Positions 1 through 12,854 are shown, counted from the first letter of the whole stretch. The stretch: 63,956 bases of DNA, filler included, from Octopus bimaculoides (GCF_001194135.2; 3 parts of 3 records of this genome joined end to end with filler, not necessarily neighbours in it); one strand, 5' to 3'. The notes: a model not told the origin generated them from the letters alone. Translations and numbers: made by a program.

Positions 1-147
1 TATATATGTATAATCAGTGGGGTTGGGTGCAAAAGTCACACATAAAATAAGTTCAATATGCTCTGGAATTGTCAAAGACAAGCTTGAATATAGATAAAAC
101 AAATAAAATTATAACGAATACATACGTACATGTACATGATGAGGAAA

Positions 148-149
<2 letters not shown>

Positions 150-230
<81 letters not shown>

Positions 231-250
231 TAATAATAATAATGATAATA
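150..250. repeat. (AAT)n microsatellite
   Basis: Direct reading: about 33 AAT units with rare GAT variants. Confidence 0.97.
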
Positions 251-258
251 GTTTTTAA

Positions 259-393
259 TATAGTCACAAAGTCTGACATTTGCAAGAGAGGGATAGTTGA
301 TTACATCGACCCCCAGTGCTCATCTGATGCTTATTTTATCGTCCCCGAAAGGATGAAAGACAAAGTCGACTCCGGCGGAATTTGAAATCAGAA
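259..393 (-). mobile_element. SINE family A copy, 5'-truncated
   Basis: Contains ttacatcgacccc...ttattttatcgtccccgaaaggatgaaagacaaagtcgactccggcggaatttgaa, the reverse complement of the family A body seen at 15285-15517. Confidence 0.85.
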
Positions 394-442
394 TTTGGAA
401 TATAAGAGACCAAAGTGTACGTACGCCGTTTATATATATAAA

Positions 443-1101
443 AAATGCAAAAATGGGACAAGAACGCAAAACATCCAGACAGACGATACAAAGAAAACAA
501 GGACGGGTCATTCGGAGTTTTCTATCCACAGTCGAGTTCAAGATTATTTTTGCAATGTTGGCTGGTTATACTCGAGAGTGCGCCAATCTGGCCAGTCCCA
601 AGGAAAATCTAAGTTAAGAGCATTAGATTCCTTGGAAGAAAGCAGCGAATGTATACGTAAACAACGACAGAAAAAAACGGAGAATGTTACACAAATACAA
701 ATAACAAGACATAACAAGTGTCTTTCGACTATGGACAAATTAAATTAAGCTGGCGTGTGTGGAAGTAAGGCCTTAAGGCAGGGACATAAGATCTGACAGG
801 CACAGGAAGGAATATAGATGTTGCACGGATCGTAGTCGAATCAAGAAAGTAAGGTGAGGCTTCACCGAAAACCGGTCACGTGAGGAGAGAAGAGTGAGAG
901 GTAGAGACAGAGGGTTAGAAAAATTAAGGAGGGGCGAGAAAAATGAAAGGAACACAGTGAAGTGAAAGAGGAGGGAAAGTGAGCATGAAGAGAAGGCTAG
1001 GAAATGTGAGAGAGGGGGAACGAAAAAACGAAGAGTGGAATGAACGAAGTAAGCGTGAAAGGGCTGATAGAAAGAAGGAAAGAATGAAAGAATAGAAAGA
1101 T
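443..1101 (+). repeat. Unclassified interspersed repeat (LTR-like), copy 1
   Basis: Aligns by eye at roughly 80-85% to 1428-1671 (direct) and 1671-2243 (inverted). Has gtcacgtg followed by a long purine-rich tract. Runs into an N-gap. Confidence 0.8.
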
Positions 1102-1427
1102 AGACTCGTACAAAATTTATANNNNNNNNNNNNNNNNNNNNNNNNNNNNNNNNNNNNNNNNNNNNNNNNNNNNNNNNNNNNNNNNNNNNNNNNNNNNNNN
1201 NNNNNNNNNNNNNNNNNNNNNNNNNNNNNNNNNNNNNNNNNNNNNNNNNNNNNNNNNNNNNNNNNNNNNNNNNNNNNNNNNNNNNNNNNNNNNNNNNNNN
1301 NNNNNNNNNNNNNNNNNNNNNNNNNNNNNNNNNNNNNNNNNNNNNNNNNNNNNNNNNNNNNNNNNNNNNNNNNNNNNNNNNNNNNNNNNNNNNNNNNNNN
1401 NNNNNNNNNNNNNNNNNNNNNNNNNNN

Positions 1428-1671
1428 CAAGGAAGGGTCATTCGCAGTTTTCTATCCTCAGTCGAGTTCCAGATTATCATTGCAATTTCGACTGGCTGTA
1501 CTCGAGATTGCTCCAATCTGGTCAGCCCGAAATAAAAAAAACTAAGCTAAGAGGATTAGATTCCTTGGAAGAAAGCAACGAATCTATACGGAAACAATGA
1601 TGGGAAAAACAGAGAAATGTTACACAAATAAAAACACAAATAATAACAGAACATAACAACAGGTGTCTTTC
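1428..1671 (+). repeat. Same unclassified repeat, copy 2 (partial)
   Basis: gggtcattcgcagttttctatcctcagtcgagttc...gtgtctttc matches 500-727. Confidence 0.85.
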
Positions 1672-2243
1672 ACATTTCCTGGCCTTCTCTTCATGCTCAC
1701 TTTCCCTCCTCTTTCACTTCACTGTGTTCCTTTCATTTTTTCTCGCCCCTCCTTAATTCTTCTATCCCTCTGCCACTACATCTCTCTCCTCTTCCCCCAC
1801 GTGACCGGTATTCGGCGAAACCGCACCTTCCTCTCTTGGTTCGACTAGCATCCATGCAACATCTACATTCCTTCCTGTGCCTGTCAAATATTATGTCCCT
1901 GCCTTAAGGCCTTACTTCCACACACGCCAGCTTAATTAAATTCGCCCTTAGTCGAAAGACACCTGCTGTTATGTCCTGTTATTTGCGTTTGCATTTGTGT
2001 AACATTTCTCCGTTGTTTTCGTCCTTGTTTTCGTATACATTCGCTGCTTTCTTCCAAGGAATCTAATGCTCTTAGCTTAGTTTTTCCTTGGGGTTGGTCA
2101 GACTGGAGCAATCTCGTGTATAACCAGCCGAAATTGCAAAGATAATCTGGAACTCGATTGAGGATAGAAAACTACGAATGACCCGTCCTTGTCTTCTTTG
2201 TATCGTCTATCTGGATGTTTTGTTGTCCCTTTTATTTTGTATG
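1671..2243 (-). repeat. Same unclassified repeat, copy 3 (inverted)
   Basis: Reverse complement matches about 443-1010 (e.g. gccttaaggccttacttccacacacgccagcttaatt vs aattaagctggcgtgtgtggaagtaaggccttaaggc). Confidence 0.88.
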
Positions 2244-2404
2244 GAAAAGTCTCTGACGTTTCGAGCCTACTCTCTCAGATAGAAAGGGTTAAGAGGAAAA
2301 ATAAGAGAGAGAAAATGAATATAAAAAATGGGGAGAGAAAAAAATGTCGAGGGATTAATCATTCAACACACACACCTATATATGTATGTATGTTTGTGTA
2401 AGCG

Positions 2405-2762
2405 AAGAAGTGGCTGTGTAGTAAATACCGTGCTACCCAACCACTTGGTTTCGGGTTCAGTCTTACTGCTTGGCACCTTGGGCAAGTTTCGAGCTGGCAA
2501 AGCCTCCTGTGTGGATTTCGTTGACGGAAACTGAAGAAAGCCCGTGGTATATAAATAAATGAGTGTGTGTTTGTGTATCTGTATTTGTCCTCCCACCATC
2601 GCTTGATACCCGATGCTGGTGTATTTACGCCACCGTAACTTAGCGGTTCGGCAAAAGAAACCGATAGGATAAGTACGAAGAATAAGTCCTGGGGTCAATT
2701 TGTTTGACTAAAGGTGGTGCTCCAGCATGGCTGCAGTCAAATGACTGAAACAAATAAAAGAA
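2405..2762 (+). mobile_element. SINE family C (tRNA-derived, CORE-type), near full length
   Basis: Box A-like tggctgtgtagtaa, box B-like ggttcagtc, CORE-like accttgggcaagt, internal GT-rich tract, 3' end gactgaaacaaataaaagaata. Six further copies in the window. Confidence 0.88.
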
Positions 2763-3115
2763 TATATATGTATTCACACACACACATATATATACATGTA
2801 TATATGTGCGCATGAGGATGACGTGTGTGTTTCTATGTGTTTATATGTATGGATGTACATGTACATATACTCATACATATGTATAAAAACACATTCACTT
2901 TTCTCTTTATCGTCCTCTCTCTATTTGTCACCTGTAAGTCCTTTCTTTCATAAAAAATTACTAATGTCCCAAATATTTAGAACTTCGGCATCAATTTCAA
3001 GCACAAGCTAAAAGCCCTTCTCCTCGCACTTCGTTGTTACCCTGTTGCTCTTTAAATAGTTGACTTAGTTTATGTATATTTGAATGTATGTTTGTGCGTG
3101 TGATATATGTATGTG

Positions 3116-3146
<31 letters not shown>

Positions 3147-5262
3147 NNNNNNNNNNNNNNNNNNNNNNNNNNNNNNNNNNNNNNNNNNNNNNNNNNNNNN
3201 NNNNNNNNNNNNNNNNNNNNNNNNNNNNNNNNNNNNNNNNNNNNNNNNNNNNNNNNNNNNNNNNNNNNNNNNNNNNNNNNNNNNNNNNNNNNNNNNATAT
3301 ATATATATATATATATATATACTTGTGTATATAAAAACGACCAGTAAGTGGTCTGTCAATATGCTAGAAAAAGATCACTTAAAAAAATCTCAAAGAAAAA
3401 TTCAGCGGAGCAAAAATAGGCGGGTGAGACCAGTGAAAATTATAAATACCTCGGTTATCTGTAAACTATATAGTTTCAAAATGAACACTTTCCAATGAAA
3501 GTATCTATTTATCATCAGTACACATTGCCGATATTATTATAATCGAACAGAATCCCGTGTTAGTTGTCTCCAACCAGTGAAAACGTGCACGTGATTCTAT
3601 CGATTATAAAGAATAAGATTCAAAAGTCTTAGTTTTGGCGCGCTGAATCCGGAAATATCGCTGCAGAAAATAATTTCTGCTTTGAATTTACCAACTTTGA
3701 GAAATGTGATTATGGTTAATTATATATATATATGCATTTATGGGCAATTAACATATAATGAGTACAACACATTCATTCCATCCAGAACACCACTTAAGAT
3801 GTAGGGCCAGCCCAGGTCTTGTAATTCTTCCTAATTTTGTATGTCGTAGCAATTTTTTTTTATTTACTGTTTATATATAAGAGCGGCAGTTAGTAATGAG
3901 CTGTAGACGTCTGATTCTGTAGTTGCAACGATGTAGAAACATGTCCTATAGTTTGATAACTTCATTTATAGCCTAACTTTGAATGGACAGGATCATTATG
4001 TGTAATACAGATAGTGCATATCGTGTTGCATATAACATGCATATGTACATATTTATACACATGTATGCATATGCGTGTGTGTGTGTATGTGTGTTTGTCT
4101 GGGTCTGTGTTTGTGTGCATGTACACTCGTGGGTGTGTGTTTGAGTGTGAATTTACACACGTGTGTGTTTACGTGTATGCATTTTTGTCTTTTACTAAAT
4201 TAGGGTAGAACACTACCTATGCATAGTAGGTACTAAATTAAATAATTAAATTTCATTTTGGAGCAATTTCTATTGCAATTTATCTCTATCTGGAGATTTT
4301 GCATCACTTTTTTTCAGAAATTGCTTTTACAATTCTCATTCCGCAGGTTGCAGTCAGGACTATTCAACGTACCCGACCAGTATCATGGATACTGCCTTTT
4401 CAATGGATGCTAAAAGCGGCAACGAAGCATCTCTCGCATCAGAAGCTATCCTCTTGGAAAAGAGAGGCAAACAATTTAAGATATTGCCGGACAAAAATAA
4501 AAAAAATGCGGTAGTCAATGTTGAAACTTCGTTGCTCAAACCTCTGCTCGATCAAGACTTGCTCCGGCTCCAAACAGCCATAACAACAAATATTTACGAT
4601 ACAGAAATTGACACAGCGCAATAGAAAGTGCATCGCATAACAAATATGAACACACATAACATGAAACATGCAAAATATCATAACACCAAAGACAAGGACA
4701 ACANNNNNNNNNNNNNNNNNNNNNNNNNNNNNNNNNNNNNNNNNNNNNNNNNNNNNNNNNNNNNNNNNNNNNNNNNNNNNNNNNNNNNNNNNNNNNNNNN
4801 NNNNNNNNNNNNCCCAAGAACTATTATAAAAAAATCTTCATAGTTATTGGTCAGAAGAAACGAAGGCGGATGTTGTGTTAATTTGAACCAAGTATGTAAT
4901 TAGTCTGCATAACAGAAGGTGACGTTAGTTGAGCAATTACACAGATACCCGAGCAATTAGTGATAATTATAAGTCTAGACCAGACGTACCCCAAAACACA
5001 TTGTTTTTTATTTACACGCCGTGCCCTTTTGGGCAGATAAAAATATTTTGGAGCATAAAGTCGAAAGCTATATTAAAAATAGTTATTTATTATTTACATG
5101 TGTACCTATTTTAACCTTTACAAATGAATAATTTAAACTGCAGAAAATTAAATATCTATTTCTATATAAGGTGTAGTTGTCGGGACTAAATTTAGAACTT
5201 TAATTCTATTTTACATGGTTCAAATAGAATTTTTTCTAACGAGGTCCCTTGATAACGTTTCC

Positions 5263-5319
5263 CAGCAGCAGCAGGAGGAGCGGCAGCAGTAGCAGCAGTA
5301 GTAGCAGCAGCAGCAGCAC

Positions 5320-5358
<39 letters not shown>
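5263..5358. repeat. Compound (CAG)/(TAG)n microsatellite
   Basis: Direct reading. Confidence 0.95.
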
Positions 5359-5432
5359 CTTAATCCAACGTCAGTCCAGATAGATCGGTTGAAAGTTCAA
5401 AAGCATTTCATCCATGCATATGTTTTATTTTC

Positions 5433-5503
5433 AAAATGTCTCAAAACTTCTAGAATGCATCGCGTAGTTCACGCGATGCATTCTAGAAGTTTTGAGACAT
5501 TTT
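5433..5503. repeat. Perfect 33-bp inverted repeat with 5-nt loop, made of a mariner-type TIR
   Basis: aaaatgtctcaaaacttctagaatgcatcgcgt (5433-5465), loop agttc, acgcgatgcattctagaagttttgagacatttt (5471-5503). Confidence 0.95.
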
Positions 5504-6530
5504 TTCAGGAGAGATATTTGTTAATTTCAAAGTACAAAACTATAATCTCCTTCAAAGTAGGATGCTTCGACATCAATGGCTTCCAGCCACTTCGTGAAAC
5601 CCCATGGTAGTTCTCCCAAAGTGATGTGTTTAGGACCTTTGTTGCAAACTCTTCCATTTTCACAATGTCTCTAAAACAACCACCCTTGTGTTTCTCCTCG
5701 AGCTTGGAAAACAATCAAAAGTTAGAGGGAGCATGATAAGAAATGCTGACATGACGTGGGGTGGTTTTGAGGCTCATCTCTATCAAGCAGTTGTTTACCA
5801 AGATAGGACTAGATTTGTGGATTGTTCTGATGCAAGTGCCACCGATTATAGTAGAAAAGCTCTTAGCTTTTTACGACGAAATCTATCTACAGAGAACTCT
5901 TTATTGACTGTCTGTTCAGATGGAACCAAGTGGATGTAGAGATGCTCTTGCTGTTGAAAACGCGGATCATCCTGAGCTTCCCAGTGAACTTGCTTTGCTT
6001 TGCCTAGCCTTCTTGGATCTAGGAGAGCCAGCATGCTTCCATTGGACACTCAGTGTCTTGGTCTCTGGATCATAACAGTAGATCCAGAGTCAATCACAAG
6101 TCACCAGAGACTGTAGTACTCTTGGAATCGAGGTAATGAACTCAACCAATTCCCTCATATCTCCAACGCATCTTTCCTTCTGTTCGTCAATGTGCACCCT
6201 GCAAATAAACTTTGCACAAATTTTGAGTTTGTAAAAATTTTAATGAATACTTCTGTGTAAAGATTCCACTCCAAGTTGAAACGATATGCTTATTACCTCT
6301 ATAGACACATGATGATCTTCATCTAGAAAATTGCTAATTATCTCAACCACCTTTGAGGCTTCCGCATCCTGCTCCCTCCTACAGTTCTCATCGAATTTCA
6401 GTTTCTCACTAACGTCTTTGAACCTCTTGTGCCAACCTAAAAGAGAGGCTCGTCTCATACGAGCCAATCCATATAAGTTTCAGTAGCATTTTTGCCTAGT
6501 TTAAACACAAAAGTGTATTGCCTAGTGAGC
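5471..6530 (-). mobile_element. Mariner (Tc1/mariner) transposase relic with 3' terminus
   Basis: Minus-strand peptide pieces in mariner order: FVFKLGKNATE (N-term), WHKRFK...EDHHVSIE (HTH), WIYCYDPETKTLSVQW (first catalytic-domain motif), KLEEKHKGGCFRDIVKMEEFATKV...YFEG (C-term), then TIR at 5471-5503. Multiple stops and frameshifts. Confidence 0.9.
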
Positions 6531-6679
6531 TTCCCAAATTGTCTTCCCGTCCCAACAACATTATGTAAACTAATCAGCCTTGACAAGCATAGTTTCGTAG
6601 GATGCTGCAGCTGTCTCCTTCAGTTTGGAATAAAAAGTTGGCAGGTCAACTTATCAGAACTATGTTGTTGTTGTTATTG

Positions 6680-6905
6680 CTGTTTGTTCCTTCTCGAGCC
6701 ATGCTTGAATCATAAGGGCCGGTTTCCCTGTTCATAGGCGTATTGGTTACCCACCTGGACGGGACGCCGGTGGTCTCAGGTGAGCTGCTAGATGCAGGAG
6801 GGGACAGTGAGAGAAAGCTGTACCGAAAGAGTCAGCAGAAGTTCGCTATTACCTTCTGCCGGAGTCGTGTGGAGCTTAGGTGTTTCGCTCATGATCACAC
6901 ACAGC
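6680..6905 (-). mobile_element. SINE family B copy (head missing)
   Basis: ccggagtcgtgtggagcttaggtgtttcgctcat matches the reverse of atgagcaaaacacctaagctccacgcggcttccg at 38122-38155. Confidence 0.8.
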
Positions 6906-7439
6906 GCATGCGCATTGCGTGTCCATACTTCTGTTTCCAGTTATTACTCAGAACTGTTTACAAATCACGACCATTTCACGAACCTGCGGTCATGAGGAGC
7001 ACTTCGCGCTCCGTTGGTTGTAAAAGAAAATTCTATGAAATAAACCATTATTTTCACCAAAGACCAAAGAAGAATCCTTTGATTTACCATTTCGACATTC
7101 CGTTACATACAGAGAAATATTAAACACTGACCAATTATTTATTGATAAGTTGTAATTTGAGGGAGCTGTACCTGCTATTTCTAGCAGAGCGAGGCTCTGT
7201 ATAGAAGCTTCCTCTTTGTTCCATGTGCTGATGAGTCTGATGTAAATTTGATATATGGTGTATTTGAGATATAAATGGTTGTGGGAAAACACTTGATCTG
7301 AATATGGATTTTATTACTGTTCTTTTACTCCAGGATAACCGTGACCTTACTGTCATCTTAGACGTTGTTTATATAAGTTTGTTAGCTTATATATGGTTTG
7401 TACTTTAAGATGGTAGGATGTTAATGGCTGATATTGTTT

Positions 7440-7720
7440 TCTAATCCCGGCTCAAACCTACCTAAACAGAACGATAATCAGGGACATTCAGGTCGTGACA
7501 AACTTTTCTTTGCAAACATAAATCTTCTCAAGCATCAACCGATGTCTCCATTTTAAAGAAAGCTGTGCGTAATCTGAAAAAAATTTTGATTGGCTCTTGT
7601 TACTGTTTTATCCCTCCCCCATTGCCTCCCCCTGGTCAACGGTCATCGAGCAGACATATGAGCTAAAGCACTCCACATACGACCACTCCGTGTTTTAAGG
7701 GTATGTCGGACAACGTTATT
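7440..7720 (-). repeat. Two decayed fragments of repeat family E
   Basis: ccctggtcaacggtcatcgagcagacatatgagctaaagcactcc resembles 26780-26850 and the reverse of 19780-19850. Confidence 0.5.
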
Positions 7721-7799
7721 AACGCTTTTTTTTCTTATTTATTTAAAACGCTAAAGTATCTAAAGGACATTTGGCTGATAGAAGAGTCTATTATATATT

Positions 7800-7984
7800 G
7801 ATTTCAAATTTTGGCACTTGGCCAGCCAGTTTGAGGCAGTACTCAACTGGTACTTATTTCATTGATTCCGAAAGGACGAAAGGCAAAGCCGACCTCGGCG
7901 GAATTTGAACTTAGAACATAAAGATCGATGAAATGCAGTTAGGCATTTTGCCCGGAGTGCTAACGATTCTGCCAGCTCACCACC
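7800..7984 (-). mobile_element. SINE family A copy
   Basis: ggcaaagccgacctcggcggaatttgaact...gctaacgattctgccagctcacc. Confidence 0.88.
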
Positions 7985-10085
7985 CAAGAGTCTATTATAT
8001 ATTGGAGTCTATAATATTTGAATATGTTTGAGTTAAATAACAGTCTGGAATACAGGTCATCAAGGTTTTGTAACTGAGATGGAGAATGTTTCACACTTAG
8101 AATTATTGGCAACCGAATCTAATTGGAGAATGATTTTTTTTTTGTATATACCTATTTCTTGTGCACGGCATGCCATATATATTTACTGCATATAAAAGCG
8201 TCCAATGAGTCACATAAGTTTGCTTCACAATTCTACGTTCAACGATATTTTAGATGTTAAGAAATCTGATAATCTGAGAAAGGTGGAGAAAACAAAAATG
8301 AAATGATAAAACCCATGCCTCATGACTGTGGAGACATATTGAGAAATGGTGAACATCCGACTAGATTGAGTTAATTTTTAAAAAAAGTAACTTATGAATA
8401 ATAGTTGGTAGATATATATAGATAATGTATATATTTTTTACAAGAAATCGAAGCGTTTATTTATATATGAAATCTATCCAATAGTGATAGCAAAAATATA
8501 TGACAATAATTGTATTATAGCCCCTACGGTAAGAGATGAGTTACGAATGATTGAAAGGAACATGTTCGAAAATTAAAAATACATTATCATTTGCGAACGC
8601 ATGTATGATAAAATATGATATTTTATATATATTTCTCACTGGGAAAAAATAAAACTTTTATGGGAGAAAAATAATGGTGATTTCGTGGAAACAATATTCA
8701 AACACAACGAATTCGTTAATAGTCAGTGAGTTGTTTCGTTACACACATAGACCTCCTACAAAGTAAATGGATTTTTGTTGGTTTCGACGATATGTATTCA
8801 GTTTTTCAATCAACGGAACTACCTGTTCATTGATTTTACGAATAATCTTAACCTAACTTTCAGGTTAAAGCTGTGTGACACAGTGTGTTATGAGGACAAA
8901 GCTCTGAATTACAATAGTAAACGTCCAAGGATGTACTACGTCTACTCAATTTCACTCACAGCGCTAGAGTACACTTGTGACTATAGTACAAGTCACATAC
9001 CCAAGATACTACGCGGTGGGAGAGAACCTGTGACTTTAAGATTTTAAAACGAGCCTTTCGACCAATCGGTGATGCTACGTCTATACACACCCCAAAGCAC
9101 AGACACACACAATCATAATTCTTTAAAAAAGGATAAATTTCCTAAAACAATGCTATCCTAAAACCGAGTAGTCATGGTAGCGGTTTGATAAATTTGGGAG
9201 CGTTAAACATTCAGAAATCAAAACACCATCACCAATATTTACAATGTGGATGTTCTAAGCTGACTCACTTTACCCTTTCTTTTTTTTTTTTTTTCGTTTT
9301 GACGAATACTTACTCTCTATGAATAATTTAAGACTAAACAGCATTCAAAGTAAAACAACAAAGATTCACTAAAGATATTTAGACCACCCGAAACAAAGAA
9401 ATGTAACAAAAAGTAAACATGAAAGTAATTATTTTTTATAAATTCGTAACGTCTTCATAAAACTCTACAAATGAATAAGTATAAATATACATACATAAAA
9501 AAGAGAAGTTAAAAATATAAGTCAAATAACTGGGCATAAAATTAGAAACTGAACCAATATATCAAGGACAAAATAATGAGTGTGTAATGTAATGAATATA
9601 GTCACGGCAATTAATGAAGTATTCAATAGAATATATTGAAAATTAGGTGACCTAAAAAGAAATAAGAAGACAGTGAATAGGATTTAGAATGTTCTCCGGA
9701 AAATATGGTGTGGACGAACTATATTTATAAATGTTTCACTCAATAAGTTAGTGGTCTCATGCCAGAAGATAATAACCAATAATTAAGTCAATAATTACTG
9801 TAGGAGAGAGAAAAATATTGAGAGTAAATAAAGATATAATTCATAACAGTGGACATAACAGGAACAAGAATATCTATTGTGTAGAAAGGAACATTGATTC
9901 GATATAATATAGTATCAGATAAACGATATAAGCAGAAGTAGGCCAGCAGAAATATAGAGTTAGGAACTAAGTTCTGTTGAAACAACACATCAAAAATGAA
10001 ACAAGGATCTAGTGGACGATGTAGTTCCTTGATAGACACAATTAGCTGGAATGATTTTTGTCATTAGTCCAACAACAAGAATAGC

Positions 10086-10086
10086 A

Positions 10087-10157
<71 letters not shown>
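10086..10157. repeat. (CA)n microsatellite
   Basis: Direct reading. Confidence 0.97.
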
Positions 10158-10159
<2 letters not shown>

Positions 10160-10349
10160 TCTAAATCCTCTTCAAACCGCACTCAGCCATTTGAAAAAGC
10201 GAAGGATACATAGAGCGCAATGCAGGTCTTGGATATAGAAAAAACAGGGTTGTTACTGTGGGAAAATTCTTTGTCACCTACATTTATTCGATCAGGTGTA
10301 AGTTCAGGTTAAACAACAGTAACAACGCCGGTAATAGTTAAAGCAAGAG

Positions 10350-10690
10350 ATTTGAGGAAAAAGGATAGTCGTTCGGTGACTAATATTTTATTTGATAGAT
10401 CTCTGAAGGCTGAAAGCTAAGTTGATCTCGGTAGGATTCGAACTCATCTCTAAATACTGCCTTAATTTCGTCCGACGCTACAACTATTTTGTCAAAGCAT
10501 ATATCTTAATAATGATTTCTTACCTGGACACAAAATTATAAAATTTTGTGTACGGGCTAGGATGGGGTACATTTGATGACAACGAACGCCAGTACTTGTC
10601 TTTATTTTCTTTGTATTACCCCCACCCCAAAGATAGAAGTTCAAACCTAACCCCTGCGGGATTTTGAACTCAGATTATATGAAGTCGTAA
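10350..10690 (-). mobile_element. Two heavily decayed SINE family A copies
   Basis: gctgaaagctaagttgatctcggtaggattcgaactc and gcgggattttgaactcaga motifs, each preceded by tail-like gatagtcg/ggggtacatttgat. Confidence 0.55.
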
Positions 10691-11094
10691 GTATATACAG
10701 AAAGATATCTTGTCTGCAATTCCTTCGATTCTAACATTTAGCATACTCTACAATATAACGTCAACAATATATGGGGAAAAAATAAAGAAAAAAATGACAT
10801 AAACAGCACTAGCAACAATAAAAACTACGTTATATTTAGCGCAACATCCAAAAATAATTTCTGAGTATCTAGAAATGAACTCTTAAGATACTATGGCTCC
10901 TAAAAGGGTAAAAATAAAATTTATCTACATATGTTATGGACCTGTGGACGTTGTATTTTGTTTTTCTATTATAGTAGAGAATTCCTTACTGCAAACTCAA
11001 TTTTTTACATTTACCAATTCCATTATGAAACTCCACTTTCTTTCTTCATTCTACATTTTCAGTTTGTCTTCAGGCTTTTTTCTCCACTCAAACA

Positions 11095-11256
11095 TTCTTC
11101 TTCTTCTTCTTCTTCTTCTTCTTCTTCTTCTTCTTCTTCTTCTTCTTCTTCTTCTTCTTCTTCTTCTTCTTCTTCTTCTTCTTCTTCTTCTTTTGCTTTG
11201 CTTTTTTAAAACATTTTTATTCATTCTCAGTGTGACATTTATCTATATATGTTATG

Positions 11257-11303
<47 letters not shown>

Positions 11304-11343
11304 CGGCTATCTATCAGTCAGTCACTCTATCCACCGTATTATT

Positions 11344-11384
<41 letters not shown>

Positions 11385-11500
11385 TTCACTTTCACGGTGT
11401 ATGTAACACACGCACACACGCAAACACATTCACACATGCACACACACACGCACACACACACACACACACACACGTAAACACAAACACACATATGAAAACA
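11095..11500. repeat. Microsatellite cluster (TTC)n, (ATCT)n, (CT)n, (CA)n
   Basis: Direct reading. It explains the poly-L/poly-S ORFs at 10893 and 10931. Confidence 0.95.
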
Positions 11501-11959
11501 TACATAATTTATCTCAGTTTTTTCGTACCTTCTTTTTCTACTTTTGTTTTCTTCTTTTCCCATCATTCTTTAACTCTTTCGTTTTCTTTTTCCATACAAT
11601 CTTCTGTTGTTCTACCATTAGTATTCGATGTTTCTATCCATCTGTTCTTTCCTTCGTAGCTTATTTCTTCCTCTCACTCTTTCATTCTACTGCCATTCGT
11701 TCATTCATTTATTCAGCATTGTTTTACATTTATCTCACTTATCAATAATTACTTCCATCGCAACTTACCCCTCTTTTTTCATTTTACTACCCCCAATACT
11801 TGTTTTTCATCTTTCCCTTTCATATTCTCATTCTTTAATTTCCTTCTTATTGATAGTACCCTAAGTTTTCCTTCCCCATGAATAACCAATAGGTAAATTT
11901 AACTGAAGCGTCAGTAGTTCATATACTGTCGGCGCCGTCTTGTCATGTTTTATCAGTAA

Positions 11960-12131
11960 CCGGTTTAAGCCATTAGACTGCGGCCATGCTGGGGCACCGC
12001 CTGGAAGCACTTTGAGTCGAATGAAACGACCCCAGTCATTATTTTTGTTTTTAAGCCTAGTACTTATTCTATCGGTCACTTTTTGTCGAATCGCCAGAAC
12101 GTAAACAAACCAACACTGGTTGTCAATGTGG

Positions 12132-12172
<41 letters not shown>

Positions 12173-12182
12173 NNNNNNNNNN

Positions 12183-12214
<32 letters not shown>

Positions 12215-12405
12215 ACACACACACACAGACATGTATATTTATATACGACGAGCTTCTTTCAGTTCCCGTCTATCAAATTCACTCTCAAGGCTTTTGTCGG
12301 CCCGTGGCTGTAAGAGAAGTCACTTGCCCAAGATGCCACGCAGTAAAGACTGAACACAAGACACTATAGTTGATAAGCAAACTTCTTAACGTGCAGCCAC
12401 GCCTG
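11960..12405 (-). mobile_element. SINE family C with expanded internal (CA)n
   Basis: ttagactgcggccatgctggggcaccgcc...cttgcccaagatgccacgcagtaaagactgaac...gcagccac. Confidence 0.88.
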
Positions 12406-12822
12406 TAAATAAATCTATGAAAGTAAATGAATATATATATCTGGTAAATATACGGCAAAGCAAACACAAATTGCTGTCGTAAGCAAAGGTGTGAGTGGTA
12501 GCAAAAGTGACGGGAAGTTTTTTTGTGTAACAATTAATCTGCGCAGAAACATGGGCTTGAAGAAGGTAACAAGCTAACTTTACGTCAGCTATATTAGATT
12601 GCGAGGTAGTCCAGCTATTTGAAATGTCTGAAAAGAGGTCACAGTGACCAATATGTTTGAAGGCGCAATCTCGCAAGTCTTTCAAATTTGAAACATTTCA
12701 AATACATTTTTACTTTCTAGTGGTGTCAGTTTAAGGGGGAAAAATTGATTCAGCAAAAGCATCCTTTATACACGTCACACACACACACACACACGCACCC
12801 ACACACACACACACACACACAT

Positions 12823-12854
<32 letters not shown>

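Noticed and set aside
10893-11477. Long ORFs with poly-L/S/E/F/H, YI, CV or HT runs throughout the track
   Set aside because: Translations of microsatellites or N-gaps, with no domain content.
12386-12685. 99-aa minus-strand ORF in unique sequence
   Set aside because: Near-cognate start, no convincing splice sites, no recognisable motif. Within chance expectation for 128 kb of searched strands.
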